This document shows positions 47,333 through 55,947 of a DNA stretch of 64,000 bases, piece after piece. The stretch comes from an uncultured Candidatus Saccharibacteria bacterium (GTDB lineage: Bacteria > Patescibacteriota > Doudnabacteria > UBA920), in assembly GCA_964600695.1 (NCBI GenBank), contig CAZRKK010000002.1:115900-179899 (forward strand), in the 5' to 3' direction. Within the stretch, counting starts at the first letter, position 1; the number at the start of each line of letters is the position of its first letter. The translations under genes were made by a program, and so were the position numbers. Under the pieces are notes generated by a model that worked only from the letters and a program-made list of their open reading frames with translations, ran no database searches and was not told where the DNA came from.

Positions 47333-48688
47333 TTATTTAGAAACTATTTGTCCGTCGCTGGTGTCTTTAACCTCAAAGCCATACTCTGCAATTTGATCTC
47401 GTAATTGGTCGGATTTTGCAAAGTCTTTGGAGTCTCTTGCAGATTGACGCTCGTCTAGTAACTTTTGAACTTCTGCCGGAATTTCTACAGACTCTTTTAC
47501 TTCTAAGCCTAGTCCTAAAATCTGATCATAGCTTAGTAGTTTATCTTTATTTTGATGAGCTAAAGCAAGAGCTTCCGCGGTATTAAGATTATTATTAATA
47601 GCAGTTAAGAACTGATCATCAATTTTCTGAATCTCCGAACTGTTACTTACTGAACCGGCCAGTTTTGTTCTTGCTGTTTTGGCTGCTTCGATGGCTTCCC
47701 AAGTAAAATTAGTTTGTTGTCGAAAACTGCTTTGGAACAAGAGGTAGCGCAAGTCTAATCCAGAAAAGCCTTTGGTTTCTATCTCTGCTAGAGTATAGTC
47801 ATTCTTTAAACTCTTAGACATTTTTGTGTTATCTACTAGAAGATGTTCGGAATGTACCCAGTTATTCACGAACGTTCCGGTAAGGTTTTGAGCACTTTTG
47901 TAGACAGGTTGGCTTTGAGCAATTTCGTTAGTATGATGGGGGAATATTAAATCAATTCCACCAGTGTGGATATCAGTAATGTCACCATTAAAAGCTAATT
48001 GATTAATCGCCGAACATTCAATATGCCAACCTGGTCGGCCGCTCCCTAATTGTGGGTGTTCCCAATAGATCTGTCCGTCATGTTCGTCCCAAGCTTTCCA
48101 TAAAGCAAAATCACTAAGGTTATCTTTTTCGTATTCATCATTCTTTATTCGGGCTCCAACTTTTTTGCCTTCAATAAACTTCGAGCCTACTAAAGCACCG
48201 TAATCACCAAAGTCGGCTTGGTATTTTTCGATACTAAAATAAGTGCTACCGTCTTCGGCGGTATAGGCGTAACCTTTGTCTATTAATTGAACAATAAAGT
48301 TTTGTACTTGCGGGATTACATCTGTGACGTTAATAAATTCAATTTGTTCTGTGTTTACTCCAACTGCACGCAAGTCTGCAATAAATTTTTCGGTATATTT
48401 TGTGGTGTAGGTTTTAAGTGTTTGAATACTAGCTTCTTGACCGTGTTCAGCTAAACAACCACGAATAGTTTTATCATCAATGTCGGTAATGTTCATGACC
48501 CACTTCACTTTCCGGCCATTGGCTTTTAATGTCCGGAACAGGGCATCAGCCATAATAAAACTGCGGAGATTGCCAATATGGGCATATCCATAAACTGTAG
48601 GACCACAACTATACATATTGATAGTTTTAGAGCTATCAAAGTCTAGAGCGACAACTTCTTTTTTTAGGGTATCAAATATCTTTAACAT
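47333..48688 (-). CDS. cysS: cysteinyl-tRNA synthetase
   Basis: HIGH (YGYAHIGN) and KMSKS motifs. Confidence 0.9.
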   Translation of the reverse strand: MLKIFDTLKKEVVALDFDSSKTINMYSCGPTVYGYAHIGNLRSFIMADALFRTLKANGRKVKWVMNITDIDDKTIRGCLAEHGQEASIQTLKTYTTKYTEKFIADLRAVGVNTEQIEFINVTDVIPQVQNFIVQLIDKGYAYTAEDGSTYFSIEKYQADFGDYGALVGSKFIEGKKVGARIKNDEYEKDNLSDFALWKAWDEHDGQIYWEHPQLGSGRPGWHIECSAINQLAFNGDITDIHTGGIDLIFPHHTNEIAQSQPVYKSAQNLTGTFVNNWVHSEHLLVDNTKMSKSLKNDYTLAEIETKGFSGLDLRYLLFQSSFRQQTNFTWEAIEAAKTARTKLAGSVSNSSEIQKIDDQFLTAINNNLNTAEALALAHQNKDKLLSYDQILGLGLEVKESVEIPAEVQKLLDERQSARDSKDFAKSDQLRDQIAEYGFEVKDTSDGQIVSK

Positions 48689-48726
48689 GGCGGACTGATT
48701 AACAATATGTCTTGATTGTAGCAGAT

Positions 48727-50445
48727 TTAGTGGTGATCGTGCTTGGCTAAGCTTTTTAAATGTTTAAGTTTTAGTTTCTTCAGTGATGATGGGCTGTGGT
48801 GGGCTTCTATTACATCTGCTAAGTGCAAGCCTCCAATAAAGTGTTGAACTAGTACGTAATCCGCACCTTGCTGATAAAGCAGGCTAGCATCTGCTTCGTC
48901 TTGAGCGGTAACAATGCTTTGAATCTTCTTTTTGTTGCGTTTGATGAATTCAAATATTGCTAGATTGTCGGAGAGGTCGGGGACTGTAGAAATAATTAAC
49001 TTAGCTTTGCGGAGGTTAGTTATTTCTTGAACATATGGATCCGAGATGTCGCCACAGATCGCGGTATAGCCAAGACCTTCGTAATAGTGAGTGATGTCAG
49101 GATTAAAGTCTATGATGACAGTGTTTTTACGGTTTCCAACTTTGTTGTCTGTTATTGATTCCAAGATATGACTACCAAGTCTGTGAGCCCCAACTAAAAC
49201 AACGTGGTCTACTAATGGTGATTCGTCTAAGACTTTTTCGCGAGGTGATTTATGAAAATCGAAGATCCACAGAATCGGGTGTAATAGTTTGAAGATTTTT
49301 TCCGCATAGATTATTCCGTAAGAAGAAAAACCAATTGTGAAGATAGCAACAATGGTTATCATGGTGACATGTTCACTTGAAATATGCCCAGAAGAGAAAC
49401 CTAATGCAACCATGATTAAACTGAACTCCGAAATCTGAGCAACCGTAATACCGGTCATAAACGACACCCGTGGCTTGTAGCCCATGTAGCCAAGAATTAA
49501 CATGACTATTAAAGGTTTTCCAAGTAAAACAAAAATACTAATAATGATTGCCGGAACGATAACAGCTGATAAGTTGGAAATTGTTAGTCCAGCTCCGAGT
49601 ACGATAAAGAAGATAATAATAAAGAAATCGCGAATCGGTTTGATGCGACTACTCATTTGGTGCTGAACTCCAGAGTTAGCCAAAGCAAGTCCGGCTACAA
49701 AGCCACCGATCGCGGCGTTAAAACCGATAATCGGCAAGCTAAATAAACTAGCTAATCCTAAAGACCAAGCAAGGGCAAATAATAATATTAACTCATCAGA
49801 CTTTTCTATTGAGCGAATTAATTTTGGGAAAACATATTTACTTAACCAAATTACTACTACTCCAACAATAAAAGCTTTGGCAAGCGTCAGAATAATTTGC
49901 CCGCCAATTCCAAAGCCAGCAAATGGGCCAGCAATGTTGTTACTAGAAGAAAGAAAAATTAAAATGAAGATCGCAGTGATATCTTGAATCAAAAATATTC
50001 CAATTGCCAATTTTCCATACAAGCTTTGCAGGTCTCTTTTTTCCGAGAGTAATTTAACAACAATAATTGTCGAAGAAAAGGCAATGGCTGCCGCGATGTA
50101 CCATGAAGTCGTAGAATCTAATCCCAACATTTGCAAAACGACAAAACCAGCTAAACAGGTTAAAACAATTTGGCCAACCCCAACTAATACTGCAGCTTTC
50201 CCAATGCGTTTGAGTTGTGAAATATCTAAGTCTAATCCCACCATGAACAACAGCAAAGTGATGCCAATGTCTGATAAACCACTAAAGATATCTCCGTGTT
50301 GGATTCTAAAAATCCCTAATGGGCCGATGATCAACCCTGTAACTATATAGGCGATAATGCTTGGTTGCTTCAAAAATCGCATTAAGAATGCAATAAGTCC
50401 AGCACCAGCTAAAACCGCAGCTAATTCTATAAACAAATTATCCAC
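48727..50445 (-). CDS. CPA2 cation/proton antiporter with a C-terminal RCK/TrkA-N domain (Kef-type)
   Basis: 12-13 TM plus the GxGxxG RCK fold (VLVGAHRLGS). Confidence 0.8.
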   Translation of the reverse strand: MDNLFIELAAVLAGAGLIAFLMRFLKQPSIIAYIVTGLIIGPLGIFRIQHGDIFSGLSDIGITLLLFMVGLDLDISQLKRIGKAAVLVGVGQIVLTCLAGFVVLQMLGLDSTTSWYIAAAIAFSSTIIVVKLLSEKRDLQSLYGKLAIGIFLIQDITAIFILIFLSSSNNIAGPFAGFGIGGQIILTLAKAFIVGVVVIWLSKYVFPKLIRSIEKSDELILLFALAWSLGLASLFSLPIIGFNAAIGGFVAGLALANSGVQHQMSSRIKPIRDFFIIIFFIVLGAGLTISNLSAVIVPAIIISIFVLLGKPLIVMLILGYMGYKPRVSFMTGITVAQISEFSLIMVALGFSSGHISSEHVTMITIVAIFTIGFSSYGIIYAEKIFKLLHPILWIFDFHKSPREKVLDESPLVDHVVLVGAHRLGSHILESITDNKVGNRKNTVIIDFNPDITHYYEGLGYTAICGDISDPYVQEITNLRKAKLIISTVPDLSDNLAIFEFIKRNKKKIQSIVTAQDEADASLLYQQGADYVLVQHFIGGLHLADVIEAHHSPSSLKKLKLKHLKSLAKHDHH

Positions 50446-50546
50446 TAATTTTTATATTTATTTCAAATTCTTTTTTCTAGATAAATTATACCATAAATTA
50501 GCCAAAATATTGCCATAATGTCGGTTAATCGGTAGAATATAAGTAC

Positions 50547-51146
50547 ATGGAATATTCAAAATACGACGCCATATTTATGATCGGTCCCCAAGGTAGTGGT
50601 AAAGGTACTCAGGGTAAGGTTTTGGCGAATAAAATCAATTTTTTCTACTGGGAAATGGGTGCCATTTTACGTGAAGAAGCTAAAAAGCAAACCCCTTTCG
50701 GGATTAAAGTTAAAAGTTTAATTGATGCTGGTCATCTACTTGAAGACGAAGAGTTATTCCGTGTTTTACAAACTGAACTTCCAGAAGTAATTAAGCACAA
50801 GCGATTGTTGTTTGATGGTGTACCTCGAACAGTACCCCAAGGTATCCATTTGGTTCATTACTTACAACAAAATGGTTTTACTCAGTTTGGAGCGATTGTG
50901 ATTGAAGTACCAAAGGCAGAATCTGTAAAGCGGCTTTTAGAACGAGCACATCATGAGTTTCGTACAGATGATACTCCCGAAAAAATTGAGTTCCGTTTGG
51001 ACTTGTACGAAACACAGACTTTACCAGTTATAAAATTCATGGAAGGACTAGGGGATTTACATAGAATAGATGGAGTTGGATCAATTGAAGAAATTACTCA
51101 AAGAATCGATACAGCTTTAGGAATAACAAATTCTAATGAAGACTAA
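50547..51146 (+). CDS. adk: adenylate kinase (short type, no LID zinc)
   Basis: P-loop GPQGSGKGTQ and NMP-binding motifs. Confidence 0.85.
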   Translation: MEYSKYDAIFMIGPQGSGKGTQGKVLANKINFFYWEMGAILREEAKKQTPFGIKVKSLIDAGHLLEDEELFRVLQTELPEVIKHKRLLFDGVPRTVPQGIHLVHYLQQNGFTQFGAIVIEVPKAESVKRLLERAHHEFRTDDTPEKIEFRLDLYETQTLPVIKFMEGLGDLHRIDGVGSIEEITQRIDTALGITNSNED

Positions 51147-51795
51147 GTCTGCTCAAAAAAAATCTCCTCAACTAAACTTAATTTTATTAGGTGATGTTGC
51201 AGCGGGAAAAGCAACTCAATCGGCTTACTTCTCTAAAAAATATAAACTGTTTGACTTTGACATGGGTCGCGAGCTAACTTTACTGCGAGAAAAACAGAAG
51301 TCAGTCAATCATACTCTTAAAAAAAATTACGACAAAGGTATTTTGGCACCGACTCAGTTGTGTCGAAAAATTTTAGTCGATAAAATTTCTAAACTTCCTA
51401 AGTCAAAAGGTATTTTGTTTGACGGCCATCCTAAGATGGTTCAGGAGGCTCGTTTAGCAGATAAGTTGTTACGCCAGACTGGTCGTAGTAAGCCATTGGT
51501 TTTATATATAACTATTCCAGTTAAGGAAACCCAGAAGCGAATTGCCACTAGAAAAGGTTATTTAGGCACGCACACTTCTCATCGCTCCGACGACACAGTA
51601 AAAGGGTTGCAAAATCGAGCGAAGTATTACAGAAAAAATATTAAAGCAGTCACTGAATATTTTGCAACAGTTTATACTTTTGCAAGAATCGACGGAATGG
51701 GAACGCCGGCTCAAGTTCGTAATAGAATTCAGAAAGCTATTACTTTTTATTTAAAAAATTATGAAGCAATATACAAAAACACCCAAAGAAATTGA
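51136..51795 (+). CDS. second adenylate/NMP kinase-like paralogue
   Basis: P-loop GDVAAGKATQ and the same fold. Overlaps adk by 11 nt. Confidence 0.6.
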   Translation: MKTKSAQKKSPQLNLILLGDVAAGKATQSAYFSKKYKLFDFDMGRELTLLREKQKSVNHTLKKNYDKGILAPTQLCRKILVDKISKLPKSKGILFDGHPKMVQEARLADKLLRQTGRSKPLVLYITIPVKETQKRIATRKGYLGTHTSHRSDDTVKGLQNRAKYYRKNIKAVTEYFATVYTFARIDGMGTPAQVRNRIQKAITFYLKNYEAIYKNTQRN

Positions 51796-52519
51796 TTTGA
51801 TCCATGAAGGTGGTAAACTCCTTGGTGATATTTTGCGTCGCACTGCTAAGCTAGCTAAAGCTGGTGTTTCGACTTTGGAATTGAATCAATTTGCGGAAAC
51901 GGAAATTAAAAAAGTTGGTGGACGACCAAGCTTTGTTGGTTATGGTGATAAGAGTAATCCATTCATGTATGGCTTATGCACTTCGATCAATGATGCTGTG
52001 GTTCATGGTGTGCCTTCAAAAAATGATGTTTTACAGGATGGAGATATTGTTGGATTAGATATTGGGATGGAGTATAAAGGTTTGTACACGGACACTGCCA
52101 TTACTGTGCCCGTTGGTAAAGTATCTTTTGTTGCACAGCAAATAATGGATGTCACTCGAATTTCTTTAGAAGAAGCAATTAACACAGTTAAGCCAGGGAA
52201 CACTATTGGTGATATTGGGTTTGCAATTCAGTCGATTGTAGAGAAAGCTGGTTTTAGCGTAGTTCGAGATTTAGTAGGTCATGGTGTTGGCTATGCAGTT
52301 CACGAAGATCCCGCAGTCCCTTGTTATGGAAAGCCTGGTAAGGGGATTAAGCTGGTAGAGAATATGGTTTTAGCAATTGAACCTATGGTTTGCCAATATA
52401 AACCTCATGTTATTTTTGATCCTGATGGTTGGACTATTCGTTCTAGTGATGGTGGCCTCTCTGCCCATTTTGAGCACACGATTGCTGTGACAAAAACAGG
52501 GGTGAGAATTTTAACTTAG
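51761..52519 (+). CDS. map: methionine aminopeptidase type I
   Basis: Pita-bread fold metal ligands (D..D..H..E..E) and MetAP motifs. Confidence 0.9.
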   Translation: MKQYTKTPKEIDLIHEGGKLLGDILRRTAKLAKAGVSTLELNQFAETEIKKVGGRPSFVGYGDKSNPFMYGLCTSINDAVVHGVPSKNDVLQDGDIVGLDIGMEYKGLYTDTAITVPVGKVSFVAQQIMDVTRISLEEAINTVKPGNTIGDIGFAIQSIVEKAGFSVVRDLVGHGVGYAVHEDPAVPCYGKPGKGIKLVENMVLAIEPMVCQYKPHVIFDPDGWTIRSSDGGLSAHFEHTIAVTKTGVRILT

Positions 52520-52561
52520 TTTGGTATAATTTAAATAGTTAATTAATAATTAAATAGTTAT

Positions 52562-53023
52562 ATGGACTATACATATCCTGCAACATCTGCAGCGTCAGCT
52601 GGTTCTCCTGCTCTTGGGCTTGGAGTAATCTTAGTGATTTTCTTAATTAGTTTAGCGGTATATATTTATGCAGCTTACTGTTTGTACACAATTGGTAAAA
52701 AGACTAATACCCCAAATGAATGGATGGCTTGGGTTCCAATTGTTAATGTTTTCTATATGTTACAAATTGCTCGATTACCATTATGGTGGTTTTTGGGTAT
52801 CTTAATTCCATTTCTAAACTTAATAGTAATTATTTATATTTGGATTAAGATCGCTGAGATGCGAAACCGTGGCGTGCTCTGGGGCGTGTTGATGATTATC
52901 AGCCCAGTGAACTTGGTGTTATTATGGTTCTTAGCATTTGCAGAAGCACCTGCTGTGTCTAGTCCTTCCATGCCTTCTGCACCAACACCTCCTTCTGCAC
53001 CTTTAACTCCGCCAACAGTATAA
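52562..53023 (+). CDS. membrane protein with a Pro-rich C-terminus
   Basis: 4 TM plus a PSAPTPPSAPLTPP tail. Confidence 0.45.
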   Translation: MDYTYPATSAASAGSPALGLGVILVIFLISLAVYIYAAYCLYTIGKKTNTPNEWMAWVPIVNVFYMLQIARLPLWWFLGILIPFLNLIVIIYIWIKIAEMRNRGVLWGVLMIISPVNLVLLWFLAFAEAPAVSSPSMPSAPTPPSAPLTPPTV

Positions 53024-53059
53024 GTATCAATTAAAAAACCTACTCAATGAGGAGCAGGT

Positions 53060-53316
53060 TTATGGAACAGTAATTAGTCGAAAGTTTGTAGCACAATCTT
53101 TAGCAATTCCAATTAAAATTCCATGAGTGGTCGAAATTAATATTTGACCACTTTTTAATTTAGCAAAAAGTTCTAAGTGTAAATCATATGCAGGTAAAAT
53201 AGTTTTTGCATTCTGACTGTTTAGAAACATTTCTGTGATCTGATGATGCCAATGTATTGACTCGATAATTTGACCATGAGAGACAGATTCAAATGGTTTT
53301 TGTGACTTAGATCTCA
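53060..53316 (-). CDS. small hypothetical protein (85 aa)
   Basis: Perfect SD AGGAGG lies 5 nt upstream. The longer ORF-track version (to 53575) overlaps thrS and is rejected. Confidence 0.4.
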
Positions 53317-53375
53317 TTTTTCCTCCTATAATCATTATATCAAAAAAAGCCTGTGATACACAGGCTTTTAAATAT

Positions 53376-55151
53376 TTATTGCTTTGTAGTAATTTCATCA
53401 GAAAGTTTAGATTTAAACTCTTCCACAGAAATTGTTCCGAGATCAACTTCACCTCGACCACGGACTGCAACTCCACCGGCTTCGATTTCTTTATCTCCGA
53501 CAACAAGAATATATGGGACGTGTTGAGTAACGTGTTCGCGGATGCGTTTGCCCATGGATTCACTACGGTCGTCAATCTCTATTCGCAAGTCTGGGATTAT
53601 TTCGGTTAATTCTTGTAAAACTTTTTGAGCATAGTCATTTTGCTTTTCGGAAATCGGTACAATAACAGCCTGAACTGGCGCTAACCAAGTAGGGAAGTTT
53701 CCACCAGTATGTTCGATTAAGACAGACAAGAATCGTTCGATCGAACCCATGATCGCAGCGTGAATCATTACAATTCTTTCCTGCTCGCCATTTTCGTTAA
53801 TACAGAATAGATCGAACCGTTCTGGCATATTAAAGTCGAATTGAATGGTAGCAACTTGCCATTCACGCCCCAAGGAGTCCTTAGACATGAAGTCTAGCTT
53901 CGGACCGTAAAATGCAGCTTCTCCAATTCCTTCGTATGTTTCAATATTTTTTTCTTTAGCGATTTCTCTAAGAAGATCTTGGGCTTTTTCCCATTGTTCT
54001 GGTTCGCCTAAATAACTATCTGGGTTGGCTGGGTCTCTTAATGATAAGCGAACTTTTAAATCGAAGTTAAAGGTCTTATAGAAGGTCTCTACAACTTCCC
54101 AAACTTTTAGGAATTCTTCCTTGGCGCCATCAAGACGAGTGAATACATGGGCATCATCTTGGGCAAAAGCTCGGACTCGAGATAATCCAGCTAGTTCTCC
54201 GGATTGTTCGTCGCGATAGCATACAGTTGTATTACAGTAGCGTTGAGGTAAATCACGGTAGCTCCAACGCTTACGGTTAAAGATTTGAGTATGATGAGGG
54301 CAATTCATTGGTTTCATCGCAAACTCATGACCTTCGCGGGTGGTGATGCGAAATAGTTCATCTTTGAATTTATCCCAGTGACCACTCTTTTCGTACAAAT
54401 CTTTTTTGGAAATGTGGGGAATTTCTACTTTTTGGTACCCCTTAACTTTACGTAGTGACCAAACATAATCATCTAACATGTTGCGAACTAGTGTTCCTTT
54501 TGGTGTCCAAAGTGGTAAACCAGCTCCGACTAAATCGGAGAACACAAATAAATCTAACTCTGGACCAAGTTTTTTATGATCACGCTTGAGCGCTTCTTCG
54601 CGCATATTTAAATATTCATCTAATTCTGCTTTGGTATCGAATGCTAAACCATAGATGCGAGTCATCATTGGATTTTTTTCGTCACCACGCCAGTAAGCAC
54701 CAGCAAGTTTATCAAGTTTGAAAGAGTCAGCATCGATTTCGGAAGTATTTTCTACATGACCACCACGACAAAGATCTGTAAATTCTCCGGTTTGGTAAAG
54801 AGTGATTTGCTCGCCGGCTTTGTCGAGTTCGTCGATTAACTCTAATTTGAATGGTTGCGCTGCTTTGCCGTCTATATCAGCTGAGCCATAAAAATCTTTA
54901 GCTTCTTGTGTAGTTTTTTCTTGACGCTCAAAACTAAGGCTAGACTTTGCAAGTTCTTTCATCCGTTTTTCTAGCCTTGGTAAATCTTCTGGAGATAATG
55001 GTTTAGAAAAAACAAAATCATAATAGAAGCCATTGTCTATTACAGGGCCGATACCAAGTTTGGTATCAGGAAATTGTTCTAAGACTGCACTGGCCAAAAG
55101 GTGGGCTAGTGAGTGGCGTTTGTTGGAGAGTTGTTCGTTATTCGTTGACAT
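53376..55151 (-). CDS. thrS: threonyl-tRNA synthetase (lacking the N-terminal TGS domain)
   Basis: N2 editing domain (HSLAHLL), class II core and anticodon-binding domain. The terminator at 53345-53372 is downstream. Confidence 0.9.
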   Translation of the reverse strand: MSTNNEQLSNKRHSLAHLLASAVLEQFPDTKLGIGPVIDNGFYYDFVFSKPLSPEDLPRLEKRMKELAKSSLSFERQEKTTQEAKDFYGSADIDGKAAQPFKLELIDELDKAGEQITLYQTGEFTDLCRGGHVENTSEIDADSFKLDKLAGAYWRGDEKNPMMTRIYGLAFDTKAELDEYLNMREEALKRDHKKLGPELDLFVFSDLVGAGLPLWTPKGTLVRNMLDDYVWSLRKVKGYQKVEIPHISKKDLYEKSGHWDKFKDELFRITTREGHEFAMKPMNCPHHTQIFNRKRWSYRDLPQRYCNTTVCYRDEQSGELAGLSRVRAFAQDDAHVFTRLDGAKEEFLKVWEVVETFYKTFNFDLKVRLSLRDPANPDSYLGEPEQWEKAQDLLREIAKEKNIETYEGIGEAAFYGPKLDFMSKDSLGREWQVATIQFDFNMPERFDLFCINENGEQERIVMIHAAIMGSIERFLSVLIEHTGGNFPTWLAPVQAVIVPISEKQNDYAQKVLQELTEIIPDLRIEIDDRSESMGKRIREHVTQHVPYILVVGDKEIEAGGVAVRGRGEVDLGTISVEEFKSKLSDEITTKQ

Positions 55152-55206
55152 ATTGTCTGATATATGTTAATATTTAATTTCGAAAAATAATAAGAGGAAT
55201 ATTTTT

Positions 55207-55422
55207 ATGCAGAATGGAGTTGCAGCAGGAGCTGCTCGTATGGCGGTTAACTCAGATGATGTTATTCTTCATAGTGACACAAATATACACAATCTTTCCT
55301 TGCTTCTTCACTTGTTTATAGCTTGCAATTGGTGTGAAGGTTTGGGATCAGAATGTTCAAGGTGCGCTGGTGATGGAATAATTGTACCAAAATCAAATGA
55401 TGGTAGACCGTCGATATTATAA
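55207..55422 (+). CDS. 71-aa protein with two DnaJ-type CxxCxGxG zinc-finger motifs
   Basis: SD AAGAGGA. Motifs CNWCEGLG and CSRCAGDG. A long hairpin terminator lies at 55428-55478. Confidence 0.45.
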   Translation: MQNGVAAGAARMAVNSDDVILHSDTNIHNLSLLLHLFIACNWCEGLGSECSRCAGDGIIVPKSNDGRPSIL

Positions 55423-55667
55423 ATAGAACCCCAGAAATTAATAATCAATAATCTTGATTAAAAATTTCTGGGGTCTTTTATTTGGCAAATAAAGCTAAAT
55501 ATTGACGATTCCGTCCCAGTTCTCCGTTTAACTGATGCTTGGCAAGTAGCTAGCAAATATTAATCGGACTTTTAAATATTTAATTGGCTTTTAGCTCCTC
55601 GGTTGGTAGCCGAATCAAAACTTTAAGCAATTTGATTATAAACTATTTTTTGGATAAAAAAAAGCCC

Positions 55668-55870
55668 TGTGTTCCAATCCAGGGCAAAGCGTGTTTTAGA
55701 CGCCAGTGTTCCGACGGGTTGCCGGGAAGAGTAATATCGTCCTCGTAATTATTAAATAAAGTGAGGTAATAAGACGCCTCTGATTCTTTCGAATAGTTCG
55801 TCCGATTGAAGGTAGAGGCGGTCTACGTGATGTGATGCACGTAGACGGAGGACCGTGCTTACTCAAGGCA
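55668..55870 (-). ncRNA. candidate ~200-nt structured sRNA (unclassified; ends paired, 6S-like architecture)
   Basis: Minus strand: TTGACA-17-TTTAAT at ~55876-55908 and terminator GCCCUGGAUUGGAACACAGGGC + U7 (55667-55700). 5'/3' complementarity (GUUGCC/GGCAAC, GAGUAA/UUACUC, GUCCUC/GAGGAC). GC-rich internal hairpin GUCUACGUG...CACGUAGAC. Confidence 0.3.
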
Positions 55871-55947
55871 ACGGCACCTATATTAAACTCCAAATTATTC
55901 ACAGTGTCAAGCTAAAATCATGACACCCAAGATTTAATGTTGAGTTG

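Noticed and set aside
53317-53575. Long form of the minus ORF 53060..53575
   Set aside because: It overlaps the 3' end of thrS. An internal start with a perfect AGGAGG SD at 53316 gives an 85-aa protein.
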